DNA of 64,000 nucleotides from the human T2T-CHM13v2.0 reference genome, Homo sapiens, in assembly GCF_009914755.1 (NCBI RefSeq), contig NC_060930.1; one strand, 5' to 3'. Below the pieces are notes generated by a model that saw only the letters and a program-made list of their open reading frames with translations, was not told the DNA's origin and ran no database searches. Of the stretch, positions 12,459-29,694 are shown one piece after another (the first letter of the stretch is position 1; every line of letters starts with the position of its first letter). The translations under genes were made by a program, and so were the position numbers.

Positions 12459-12929
12459 TCCACTATTCAGTCAGTTATATCTGTGTACAGGAAGCCTATG
12501 TCTCTCTGTACATAGGTTACAGTTACATTGGCTATCTGTGCAAAAGTTACTCATAACCTATGCACAAATAGCCAATAACCATGCCTTACTTGCTCTGACA
12601 AATGTAGTGCCACTGATGTCAATGCAGATACCTTATGGACTGTCACGGGCACTTGAGATTTCTTGAGCATGGCCCAGCACCAAGTTCTTGGAAACACTCA
12701 ACTTCAAGGAACACATTTCTGAGTGATCCTCTCCAGCAACAGCAAACCTCAAGTGCTATTATCTCTCTGCTTCTCCCTCTCAGCAATAACCATAACCCTT
12801 ACAGATCCTCTCTCCAATCTCTAACCCTTCCTTATCATTCTTTATCTGGGCTGATGGGTCCAAGAGTCATAAAACCATTTCTATAACATTTCCCTGGTAA
12901 TCCCTGAACATGGAGATCTGTGTTGTGGT

Positions 12930-13400
12930 TATTTAGTATCTAAAATTCCCTTGACTGACATCTTAGAAATTTTATTTTTAACAACCAATTCCTGGTATTT
13001 TGTTGTTTATTATTACAAATGATTCCGCAGCGAATGTTCTTATACATACATTATTTCATACATGTTCAAGTTGTTAGATAAGATCAAGTAGAATTATTTA
13101 ATGGTAGAAAGTCCCCATTTTTATTTTTGATGGATATTGCCAAATTGATGTTTATACTAGTTTACATGCCTCTATACAGACATATATACCAAATTACACT
13201 GGAGCAAACAACTGAAGGTCACTGTTTTCCCCCGCAACCATTAACAGGACATAATGTCAACCTATTGACTTTGCCTATTAAAGTGATGATATATACTTCA
13301 TTGCATTTCTCTTCCTCCGAGTAGAAATGAACATTTTATAAACATGAACAATTTGCAATTACAGCTGTTTCCTGTGTGTTTTTATATGTTTTCTAGTAAT
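12930..13400 (-). mobile_element. L1ME-type fragment
   Basis: tattacaaatgattccgcagcgaatgttcttatacata...tattgccaaattg...ttgcatttctc. Confidence 0.55.
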
Positions 13401-14224
13401 GTTTAACTGACTTAAAAGCAGCACAAAGCCAAAGTAGGGCTGAAACTAATTTTGAGAATCTTCCCAAGGGAAAGAAATCAGGAAAACTGAATGTTGGGCA
13501 ACAAGAGCCAATAACCAGAGCTGTGAAGCCCCAGACCCTATTAAATGTTCTAATTCTTCCAAATTTTGTTTTGACCATATGCAGATTGAAGAATAATCAT
13601 AAAGACCTTCTTATGATTCTCGTACTATCTCTTTCTCTCCCTCTTAAGGGAGGATACAGAAGCAGTGGCTCCATTCCAAGGGATGTAGCAGAAGTCATTC
13701 TTTGATTAGAGATTTCTGGAATGAGTGCTCTTTCCTCTTAATCTTTTATACTTAGATAAGTCACCAAAACCCAAGTAGTTATTCACTGAGCTTATGTCAA
13801 CAAGGCTACAGTGGATAGATCAAGTAATTTTTAAAAAATTATTAAAGCAGGACCTTGGCTTTCTAACTCTTAAACTTCTAGTGAGAGGTTTCATTTATGA
13901 AAGACAGTTTTATCTTTGCATAATATTCTCTTAAGATAACTTTTATCTAGGACTTTACAGATAATTTTCAAAGGATTAAAACTCAGTCTTTGCTCAGTTT
14001 TATCACAGCAGAGTTAATATCATCTTTTCCCAAATGACCAATCATTCCAATGTGAGGAAACTTCTGTTTACATGTTTTCAATTAGAATTTATTTAAATAT
14101 TAGAAATGGATGAGAAACAGATGACAAAACTATTTAGGTCTACCTTCAATGTAAAAACATTGAGAATATAAACATCAAAATAATATTGATACTTACTTTG
14201 ACACCCCTAAATTCTGTGTTCCTT

Positions 14225-19284
<5,060 letters not shown>

Positions 19285-19781
19285 TGTTTGTGTGTTCCTT
19301 CTAAAGTTGGATAAAATGATGGCAATATTCTCTGTGTTCATTCAGAGGAATATTGGCATTCAGTGCCCTTTATCATGGGATTTTACACATTCATATACTA
19401 TATTGAGCATATAATTTATGTCTAATAATATGCTCTCTGAAACTGCTGAAGGAAAAAGAAAGACACTTTCTACTTCTTCCCATGAAAAATATAGGATCAG
19501 GAAATGAGAATGCTGACTGCAGGTAAATTGATCTATGTGGAGAATCTCTGATTTTGGGCAATCAAAATGAATGATGTTTTCTGACACCACTTAGTGATTA
19601 AAAGTGGCATAAAAAACATTTCAAGGACAGGAAAATTTACCATTTGTTCAAGTGAAACCTTTATTGTTTTCAAGGCAGCACAGCCTTGAACCAGCCAGCC
19701 ACTACCCCAACCAGCACAGCTATTTTCCTCAGATGATCTTTCCACTCCTCCCATTGGCTTAGCATTGCCTGTAAAATAGTA

Positions 19782-20857
19782 CAAGTAGTCCTAACTTTTC
19801 ATGGTTGTGCAGGCCCATTATAATGATCCTGCAAGCTGAAACCATACAAATGGATCTTAATAATCTATAAAAAAAAAAGCTACAACTGTTCCATGACCTT
19901 TAAATTTTTTTCTCAAACATTAAAAAACTCTTACCATAGTTTATAAATGTATAGAAAATGCAACAAATAGTAAAACTAATATTTATTTGGTACAACAGAA
20001 ATATATTGATATTACATTTTGATATTACTTTGATAGATCATTTGATATTATTGACATATATTGATTTGGAAATATTTTTATATTAATATATTAAAGCCAC
20101 AGTGAGTTGAAATTATTTCTTCATATTTTCATCAAAAGTAATTTGAACAGTGTTTGCCTTCTCTCTCTCATCAATGTGTAACTTAAGATACAGAGGGAGC
20201 ATTGTTTCTGCTTTGGGGAATTACTCTGCTTTCTAAGTTTTGATCAGCTTCAAACGTGTCATCCTTTGTGCTCTCAATGTCATGAAATACCTCTGAGAGT
20301 TCTTTTAATGTAAAAATGTCATGTCATCTAGAACAGCTTTATTCTTTTTACCATGACCTCTTTCTTCATTTATGGAGATAAATCCACCTTCATTAAGGCC
20401 CTCTGGCGGCAGATCAAAAATGTCTCAAATGGGGGCCAGTAACAACTATTTCTTTTTAGCTCCATTTATGTTCATTCGGTTCACATTCAAATTTTGTTTC
20501 TTTGTTACACTTTCGCTTTTGTTGGTCAATTTACTCTGTTGATTATCCATTTGTGTAAAAAGCAACACAACTACACACTTTGCTGTCTGTATGTGATCTG
20601 AAAACAGATTCTCAGTAATCAATCGCTGACAAGTTTTGAAAGAAGTGACACGATTGGTCAGTGATCATGATGCACATCTGTCATTTGTACAATGGGTGAG
20701 GACAGAAGTGCTAACAGGAAGTTTGTACTTTATGTAATTATCCAGTTAATATACCATGGTAACTGTCATTGGAGCCAAGTTGTTGGAGGACCATCTTAAC
20801 AAACTGTGGCAACTTAAATTCATGCATTCGGGAACCGTGCAAAGCAAAGACTGGTTT
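19782..20857 (-). mobile_element. Tigger6-like DNA transposon
   Basis: TIR-like ends ta-caagtagtcctaactttt and gtgcaaagcaaagactgg; internal gaagtgacacgattggtcagtgatcatgatgcacatctg. Confidence 0.75.
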
Positions 20858-21034
20858 TCTATAAATAGGAATGATGTGTGTATTTATTTGTTCATAAAGA
20901 CTGCCTTTTGGAAGCATTTAATTCGCTCCTTTTTCTAGGTGTAGTTTAAGAAAATAGGAGAGAAAAGTGGAAGAAAATACTACGATCTGTTGAGAGATTA
21001 CTCACATGTATGTCTCTGTATGTTATTTGATTTA

Positions 21035-21278
21035 TCAAATCATTTATTTAGTATTTATCATTTCATTTTTCTAAGAGCTTTACAGATACCATCTCATTTA
21101 ATCATCTTAATAACAATAAGGTAGCTATTGTTACTTTCCCTCTTAAAGATGAAGACATAGGCACAGAGAAGATAAGTGACTTACCTAAGGTTGCAGAGCT
21201 TGTAAATGGAAGAGCAAGATTCCAAATCCAAGCAGTTGGCTTTGAAGGCTGCACTTCCAACCACTGCACAGTGCTGCC
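21035..21278 (-). mobile_element. MIR, near full length
   Basis: atctcatttaatc...agatgaagacataggcacagagaagataagtgacttacctaagg...aaccactgcacagtgctg. Confidence 0.8.
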
Positions 21279-22569
21279 ATGTGTAACGGGTCCGTGTTGC
21301 TAATTCTGTGAAGTTACACAGTGTCCAGTTTTTGCTCCTCTTGGTAGAGTTAGGCCTACCTCATTTATTATTGGCATTACGACTATAAACACATCAGTAC
21401 ACAAAGCTGGCATCATCTATCACAGAGATTACTAAGTCTCCACAGAGCTTAGGAGAGAGGCCACGCCTTTCTTTCAGAACAGCCATGAATGAAAAGAGAA
21501 TGTTTTGGAGGAAAGGAAACGCAATTGGTGACATCTCTCAGGGTCTGAATCAATTATTTCAGAGGTCAAAGGTATGAAGCTCTTTATGGAGGTGGACAAA
21601 AACACCAATGATAGTGGAATGAGTCAACTGTTTATTCAATTTTACCTATATTTCAAAGGTCTCTTTAGGAAAATATTCAAGCCAACTCTATTGAAATTTA
21701 AATGACATAAATTTGACTTTGTCTTGCAAACAACTGTCTACTCCTCTAACCACTAAACCTAAAAATTATAAATTTCAGTGACTCTGACAAATATATTAGG
21801 AACAAAAATAACTGTACTGATAAATACAACAGACAGAGTACTGATAGTTCAAAAATAGCATCCCATTTCTCTTGTTAAAAGTCTGTTTGGGAAATACTAG
21901 TAATCAGATAACTTAATTTGAATCACTGGAGTTGCAGTTAAAGATTAAAATGCTTGTTTATTTTTTAAATCTTCTTGGGTTTCATTTCCACTTCCCGAAT
22001 GTCAGCTTAGTGCCTAGCAACAGCCAACCCTCCAATTTTCAGTGCTATCCTTTTCTCTCTTTGTCAAATAAAAAGAAAAAAAAATCAAAAGGTTATGCAG
22101 GTTGTTACTAGAAATAACTTATTTCATAAAACAATATGAATGAACTACAGTAAGTCATTCATGAGTATAAGTTCACAAAGAGGACAGTAGAGATTCTATT
22201 TCTCATGGACTCTTTCTTTCTAATTTGAGTCCAGTTCCAGTAGTTGTGAACTTCTTTAGTCCCTATAAAGCAGATCTTGGTTCCCAACTGATTTTATTTA
22301 AAAAGGGGGGAAAAAAGAGAGAATAATCAATACTAAAGAAAAACTAGTGAAACCGAGCACACATGTTGGGCAGGCAGCACAATAAAAACAGTAGCAACTA
22401 GAGACACACACAAAGAGATCTGTGTCCTACACAAGTGAATCAACCAATGTGGGCACCAGTTTCCATTAAGAAAAAAATAATGTAGCTAATGATAATAAAT
22501 TCACTTTAGGTTCAAAATTCAAATAATACCATAAAAGCACTTTAAATTATTTCAAGGCCATCCAATACA

Positions 22570-23140
22570 GTGTAACATCCATTGCATCATGCCACTCTGC
22601 TTAAATGCCTTCATTGCCTACCCATTTCTCTTAGAACCATTTTTATTCTTTGTAGGCCAGATTCCTTAACATGGCCCCGAGTGATCTTTTACCAGTCTCT
22701 CCACGATGCACACTACTCCCCTTTCACACTGACCTTCAGTTCTTCTTGTTCCCTAAGCTCATGCTCATCTCTAGGCTTTTGCCTTTCCTTTCTTTCCCTT
22801 AAGCCTGGGACATTCCACATCTGAGCTTATTAGGGCTGCCTCCTTCTTGCCCTTCACTTCTTCTTCTCATAGAGGCTTTCCCTATGCCACTGACCTAAGG
22901 GAGATTTCCTTCATTTAACCTCTATCACCTAGCCTTATGTAATTTTCTCTATAGCACTAAACACAACTTGTAATTACCTTATTTATTCACTTGCTTATTA
23001 TTTGTTTTCTCCTATACAAGAGCATAAGCTAAGTAAGGGCAGGAATCTCATCTTCCTTATCTTATCTTACCCACGTTTCTCCTGGAACAGTACCTTGCAA
23101 ATGGTAGAAACTCAATACTATTTTGAGAATAAAGGAATGT
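22570..23140 (+). mobile_element. L2a 3' region
   Basis: catgccactctgcttaaa...taagggcaggaatc...ctcaatactattttgagaataaa. Confidence 0.75.
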
Positions 23141-23266
23141 TCATATGTCATTTGCTGATATATCACCAATGCAAAAGCACAATGCTTGGTATGTAGTAAT
23201 CACTTAGTTAAAAAATCCCTTAATGTCAACTGAATAACTCAACCAGATCATCTTCTTCATAGTGGT

Positions 23267-23696
23267 TGCTATAGTTTAGATTTTTGTCTCCCAAACCTCA
23301 TGCTGAAATTGATCCTCAGTGTTGGAAGTGGGAGTCAAGGGGAGGTAATTGGGTCATGGGAGCAGGTCCCTCATGAATAGATTGATGCCTTCCCCTTGGG
23401 GGTGAGTTCTTACTTTATTAGTTCCTGAAAGAGCTGATTGTTAAAGAGTCTGGTACCTCCCATTCAGAAGTGGAGGTGCTTCGTCTCTCGTCATGTGATC
23501 TGTGCATACACTGGCCCCCCTTCATCTTCTGCCATATATGAAAGCAGCCTGAGGCCCTCTCTAGAAGCAGATGCCTCTTGTAAAATTCCAAGCTTCTCAT
23601 ACAGCCTGCAGAGCCATGAACCAAATAAACCTCTTTTCCTTATAGATTATCTAGCCTCAGGTATTTCTTTATGGCAACACTAAACAGACTAAGACA
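23267..23696 (+). mobile_element. MSTB-type MaLR solo LTR
   Basis: tgctatagttt...aataaacctcttttc...cagactaagaca; 5-bp TSD gtggt/gaggt. Confidence 0.88.
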
Positions 23697-23727
23697 GAGG
23701 TGATGGTATGAGTTACTTATTATTTTC

Positions 23728-24182
23728 TGTATTAGTTCCAATCCTGCTGTAAAAAAATACAAATGTGATGGCTTAAAACAACACACATTTATTATCTGAC
23801 AGTTCTGATGGTCAGAAGTCTGACATGAGTCTCACTCAGCTAAAATCAAAGTGTCAGCCAAGATACATTGCCTTTCTTAGCTTCTATATGCTGCCTACAT
23901 TCCTTGTGTTGTAGCCTCGTGCCTACCTTCAAACTCGGCCATGGCCAGTTGAGTCTCATGGTGCATCAGTCTAACACTAACTGGCCTGCCTCCCTCTTCT
24001 ATTTATAAAGACCATCATAATTATACTGGGCTCATCCAGATAATCCAGGATAACCTCTCCATCTCAAGATACTGAATTTAATAACAGCCGCAAAATGTCA
24101 TTTGTGATGTAACGTAACATATTCACAGGCTCCAGGGATTAGGATGTGAACATCTGTAGGGGGCCATTATTCTGCCTACCAC
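23728..24182 (-). mobile_element. MLT1D-like solo LTR
   Basis: tgtattagtt...ggcttaaaacaacacacatttattatct...gccattattctgcctacc. Confidence 0.82.
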
Positions 24183-25400
24183 CTTGTCATTTGGTATGAT
24201 TCTGAGAACAATTCACCTTTGTCTTATGCAACCCCATGAAAACTCTCTCTCTTATCTTTTAAATACGTGCTACATGATCACATTCTAGAGAGAAATTCCC
24301 TATAAGTAAACTTATCTCCCATTTTCCCATCTCAGGAATATGGCCTGAATGTGTGGGTGATGCAATTTTGCATAAATTGAGAAATAGATTTAGACTACTA
24401 CCTCCTATGCAGACAAACAGCCTGAAAATAAGCAGATGTTGACATCTTTGGACAAGCTCAAAATCCATTTTGGTTGCTTGTAGAAGATAATTACAAGAAG
24501 AAAAAACACATTCCATTCTCATCACCAAAATGAGAACAACAGCACTGGGTCTTGTAAGAATATAGAATTCAGGGGGAGCCAAGCAAATTGCATCATTATT
24601 AGAAGGATCTATCTTAAACCCGGGGGTAGGGAAGAGAGACAGGATTATGGATTCCCAAATCTGCGTTTAGCTAAGGCAATTTTCTTCATTTGCCTATGGT
24701 AAAACAGCCTATATAATTAAGCAAACCCAGGGGCCTAACACATTAACTTGCCATCGATATATTCTATCTGCCTTGGCACCACTAGTGTTTCTGGCATTAT
24801 TTATGAAGGCACTCTTGCTATATTTGCACAGCATGCAGCATTGTTCATAGCAGGCTGTGGATTATTGTCAATGAATAATGCCCTAGAAGCTCCTAACCCT
24901 TTGTTCTTATGTCTAATAACTAAATCAGCAATAGCTGCTTCTCTGTGTTCTGCTTCAGATGATAGCACAGCCATAAATAAGCTACCAGCCACAGGATTCA
25001 TTTGGCATCAGTGAATACCCTACAAAGCTACAGGTTCACACTGTTCCCTGATACACTATAAACAGTGTTCATCACTAAGAATTTTTTAAAGGTGATGAAC
25101 CTTAAATATGGACATCAGAATTTTCTGAAATCTCATTTTGCTTGAATTGTTTATCATCCAACATATACCTCAGGTCTTCTTTGGGAATTTACCTGTGAGA
25201 GATGGCAAGAACAGTGCCAGAGAAAGAAGAATTCCTCCACAGCCTCTCTTCTGTCTAAATTACTAAGAATTGCGTGGAAAGTCATCTTCTAACATAGGAG
25301 GAGGGAGGGTTTTTCCCTCCTGGAAACCTCCATGCCTTGTCGGAGAGCTTCACAAGAGGCCAGTGAATCTCAGACTTGGATTTCACAGCCCAGTTTAGCC

Positions 25401-25439
25401 AAAAAAACAAAAAACAAAAAACAAAAAACAAAAAAAACA
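25401..25439. repeat. (A6C)n microsatellite
   Basis: aaaaaaacaaaaaacaaaaaacaaaaaacaaaaaaaac. Confidence 0.9.
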
Positions 25440-25842
25440 GAGATTTCTCCTTTGCCTTTTCCAACAGGCCACATAAAAGCACTTTACCAAAATTCACAGA
25501 ACTCGTTCTCCTTTTGCTAAAACGCCATGAGGTCACTGTCTGTGACTAGTACCTACTTCAATGTCTCTAGTGAATATCTCTCAAATTCATTCAAGAAGCA
25601 AGCACTCAGAAATATGCACTAACCTCCTTTTCTTAAATGGAGGCACCACTCAATTTAAGACTCATGACTTACAAGGAAGATATCAATCACCTGCTACCGA
25701 CACCAGACAGGAAGTCAGAGCAAGTTTCCTGGATAGAGCTGTCCTGTTTCACAACCATAGTGATGAGGAACTTTGCCACTAAAAAGCACTGGAAAGCCCC
25801 TTTGTTTCCTGGACTTTACCCAGCCTTATCATCTCACCAGGC

Positions 25843-26290
25843 TGTATTAGTTTCCTGCGTGTGTCTAAACAAATTATCACAACTTGGACGACTTTAACAA
25901 AACAGAAAGTTATTCTCTCACAATTTTAGAGGCCAAAAGTCTGAAATCAAGGTGTTGGCAGGGCCACGCCTCCTCTGAAAGCTCTAGCGGGGAATCCTGC
26001 CTTGCCTCTTCCGGCTTCAAGTGGCTCCCGGTGTCCCTTAGCTTGAGGCAGCATCATCACTCCAACCTCTGCCACCATCTTCACCTGGCCTTCTATGCTG
26101 TGTGCCTCTGTGTCCCAACCTTCCTCACTTTCCTCTTATAAAGACACCAGTCTGATCATTTTAACCCTGACATCCTCAAATCATTACATCTGCAAAAATC
26201 CCTATTTCCCAATAAGTTCTCATTCTGAGGTTCCAAGTGGACGTCAGTTTTTGGGGGGTATGGGGGAAGGACACTATTCAACTCACTTCA
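25843..26290 (-). mobile_element. MLT1B/C-type solo LTR
   Basis: tgtattagtttcct...aagtctgaaatcaaggtgttggcaggg...ggacactattcaactcacttca; TSD caggc/caggg. Confidence 0.85.
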
Positions 26291-26649
26291 CAGGGAGGGT
26301 TTCTCTGCCTGGGCTCGGCTGCTGTGAGAATTTGTATTCCCATGGCCCCCCGCATCCCCCTTCTCCTGCAGCTGCCTGCTCCCCTGGTCCTTACAGGAGA
26401 TGTAGGGAGCCTGGAGCCTGAATTAATGCAGAACAGAGCACCATACCCACAGGGTATCATTTCCAGCCTGCCACGCATGTGCCACAGCAACCAGGCTTTC
26501 TCCCAGCAGAACGACTCCAGGCAGTCAGGCTCCACTCTGTCTCCATCTCCTCTGGGGAGACAGGTCTCTGTCTCTGAGGCTCCTTTCTTCTTTCTGGAAG
26601 ATTCTTCAACCTTTCACTGAGCATTTAAACAACCTAGAGGAACTCAATT

Positions 26650-28222
26650 TTTTATTTAAAATATGCTTTTTTCTGAATATAAAGGTAATTCAACTTATAA
26701 GATGATTTTTTAAAAAATACATCAGAATATTAAATAGATAAAATCCGCATTGGCCCCACTTCATACAGGAAACCACTCTTCTGTGTATACATATGCCTAA
26801 ACAATCTTTCCCTATGAAACATAATTTTTAAAAACGGATAGGGCAAGGTTGTACATATTGCCTCCCTTGGATCTCAGGGAATTCACGGAACTGAATCCAC
26901 TCATTATTATAATTTTATGATATAGTCAACACAATGAAAACAACATTCGAGAATTAAAATTTATTTTTAACTTGCTATTTTTGCATTATCTGCCCTAATC
27001 ATTTCCTCATAACACTAAATAATCTCTAAAACTCAATTTTAATAGCTGCTTATTATTTCATTATTCATGCATTGCAATTATTTTAAATAACCCTACAGTA
27101 TGGACATACAGATCAAGTCCAATCTTCAAAAAATAAAGCAATGCATAACTTTACTCCCAAACCTTCTTGAATAGCTCTAATAATTACATTAAAATATATT
27201 TCTTAATCAAAAGATAAAGATACTTTACAGTTTTTGATATATATAATTAAACCTCTAAAAAGCTGATAATAATTTATAATTTTGCCATCTCTTTTATCAT
27301 TCTCTTCAAACACTGAGCATTAAACTGTATGAACATTTACTAATTTGAAGGGCAGGCAATGCTATCTTATTGCATTTTAATTTGCACTTCTTTGGTTACT
27401 AGTGAGGTTAGAGATTCTTATGTTTATAAATTATTATATTTCTTTTGTAACTGCTCTTCAAACTATCTTTTTTCTAGTGGGATATTTATCTTTTTCAATA
27501 ATTCATTTGTTCATTCAACACATTTATATTGAGTGTTTATAATGTGCCAGACAGTGGGCTAGATTGAGGAAAAAGAACATGTGGAGGTGGGGGGAGGCCT
27601 GAGAGACAGATAGCTTATTGGTTTCTGCCTTTATGGAAAATTATATTCATTTTCTCATTAATTTACAAAATCTATGTGTTAAAGAGATCTTTTTATTTTA
27701 TGTACGGCAGCTATTGTTTTATGAAACTTCAGGGAGAAATCATCTATGATTTTTGGAAGGGGTGGATATATACTTTATCCCAAAAATATCCAGCTATTTT
27801 TTCATTTGTTTATATTTTTACTCTTTTTGAGTCAATTTTTCATTTGTATTGTATTTTGATAAAGGACATGAGGTTTTAGAATTAATTATTCTCTGAATGG
27901 TAATTAATTCTTGCCGTACCATGTATTAATGATGTGTCATTTTGTCATTGTTTAGCAACTCATATTTATCATATAGTAACATTTCATAAACATCAGGCTC
28001 TAGGCTTTCTATTCTGTTCCATTGTTCTGTCTTTTCTTAGGTCAATGTCACAGTCTTCATTAAAATTTTATTATATGTTTTAATATATGACAATGGAAAT
28101 CCTGATTTAAAAAAAATATTGGCTGTTTTCACTATTTTTTCTTTTTTTTTTAAATCCAGGATCACTTTAAGACCAAACAAACCAAAAATTTCCCTTTAGC
28201 ATTTTGATTGAAATTGCTCTGA
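26650..28222 (-). mobile_element. old L1M (L1ME-like) fragments with a nested L2 tail (~27500-27640)
   Basis: ttttaatttgcacttctttggttactagtgaggtt; ttctattctgttccattg; attttgattgaaattgc. Confidence 0.6.
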
Positions 28223-29458
28223 GTTCCCTCATCTGTCAGATGAGGTTTCACTCACCTCTATTCCCAGTTGCTAAGCAATTCCTCCTAATTATCTTTTACT
28301 CCACAGTCCCTTAACATAAAGTCCTCACCTTACAGGACCACATTAAGCAGATCTGCCAGCTCAGGTCATCTGTCTGAAACTCTGCCTCATAAACCAGGAG
28401 AGATGTAGACCAAAGAGGAAGTTACATAGAGGTCAAAAAAGAAAAAATGAAGACTGAGTTTCAAGTCAAAATTTGAGGTCCAAATTAGCAGTGTGAGTAG
28501 GTTTAAATATCAGGGTACATAAAAATCTATTTAAATTCTTTCCTTTTTATTGGTTAAAATAATACAAAGCATTTGTATATGTTTTATTGCAAATAAAAAG
28601 TGCTTCAGGTATTTTATAATTATTAACAGATTTGTTGGCTAGCTTCGTCCAATATAGCATTGTTCCAGAGAACAGAAATGTGTTTTCTAACATTCTTATT
28701 TGAAATTAATTATAAGAGATGCATTGGGTTCAGGTGGCCATCTCCTGTGGCTTTTCACTATGGACATCCATGTAAGCTTTAGTTCTTCCTGGATTCTCTG
28801 CTAGTCCACACTGCTCTTGTTCTAGCTTTCTCACCTGCTGTATTTGCCACTTACTTTAGTCATCTTTGCATACCTGCTTACCAAAGACTAGGCTTAAGTA
28901 CAGGATCACAAGCAAGTATATGTATAGCTGCCTTGGAAAAATTAATAATAAAGTGGTTTGAGTTTTCCAGAGAGTATCAGCAGATAGGAAACCATCTTCA
29001 CTTCCTATGAACCTGGATAAAACAGGATATTAGATTGCTACATTTATCCAGTTATAAGCCATAACAGCTTGCTTAAAACTTTTTTCAATTTATTCCAAAC
29101 AACACAACTCACAAAAAGCCATGGAATCCATTAAGTATTCATCTTTTTCCCTCTTGGCACTTAAAAATAGGCCAAATTTCTTACTCAAAGTTCCAAAGAA
29201 GCTTTACATACACGTTTGTTTTGTTTTCAAGAACTGGGTTGAAGCATATCAGGTACCACTTAGGTAAAGAATTCAAATTAATTCCAATGGAAAACAAAGG
29301 CCTGCACAATCCCTCTGTGGAGTACAGGACAAAGGCCCTGAGACCTGAGTGAGAGCAAGAATTCTGCCCAGCCATGTGAACAGGCAAATGCTCAATGAGT
29401 CCTTCTATGTGATGCTATGTACCGTACGTTATATGTATTGATCTCAATTGTATCCCTC

Positions 29459-29694
29459 TTTTTTTTTTTTTTTTTTTTTGAGACAGAGTCTCGCTCTGTC
29501 ACCCAGGCTGGAGTGCAGTGGCGCGATCTCCACTCGCTGCAAGCTCCGTCTCCCAGATTCAGCCATTCTGCTCAGCCTCCTAAGTAGCTGGGACTACAGG
29601 CACCCACCACCACGCCCGGCTAATTTTTTGTATTTTTTAGTAGAGACGAGGTTTCACCATGTTAGCCAGGATGGTCTCGATCTCCTCACCTCAT
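29459..29694 (-). mobile_element. AluY, 5'-truncated, inserted in a MIR
   Basis: caagctcc and gttagccaggatggtctcgatctcc AluY diagnostics; T-run tail. Confidence 0.9.

Larger units (their letters stand above)
9390..12930 (-). mobile_element. probable ancient Gypsy (Gmr1-like, MamGypsy-type) LTR-retrotransposon gag remnant, fragmented
   Basis: frameshift-repaired minus-strand translation near 11480-11690 gives TFECRSKHLNNTLDWA/LISVLRLKLSKAY...SYMEA/KMIILMA*; KQWVSQK near 9930-9950; decayed CHNxGVE...WDC knuckle near 9640-9685. Confidence 0.45.

Noticed and set aside
19995-20095. tgatatta-like repeats; also small tandem repeats near 49825-49880, 57735-57755 and 59415-59455
   Set aside because: Ordinary slippage duplications inside transposons
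24748-25014. Overlapping sense/antisense ORFs as micropeptide genes
   Set aside because: Chance-length ORFs with no recognisable homology or supporting splice/promoter context
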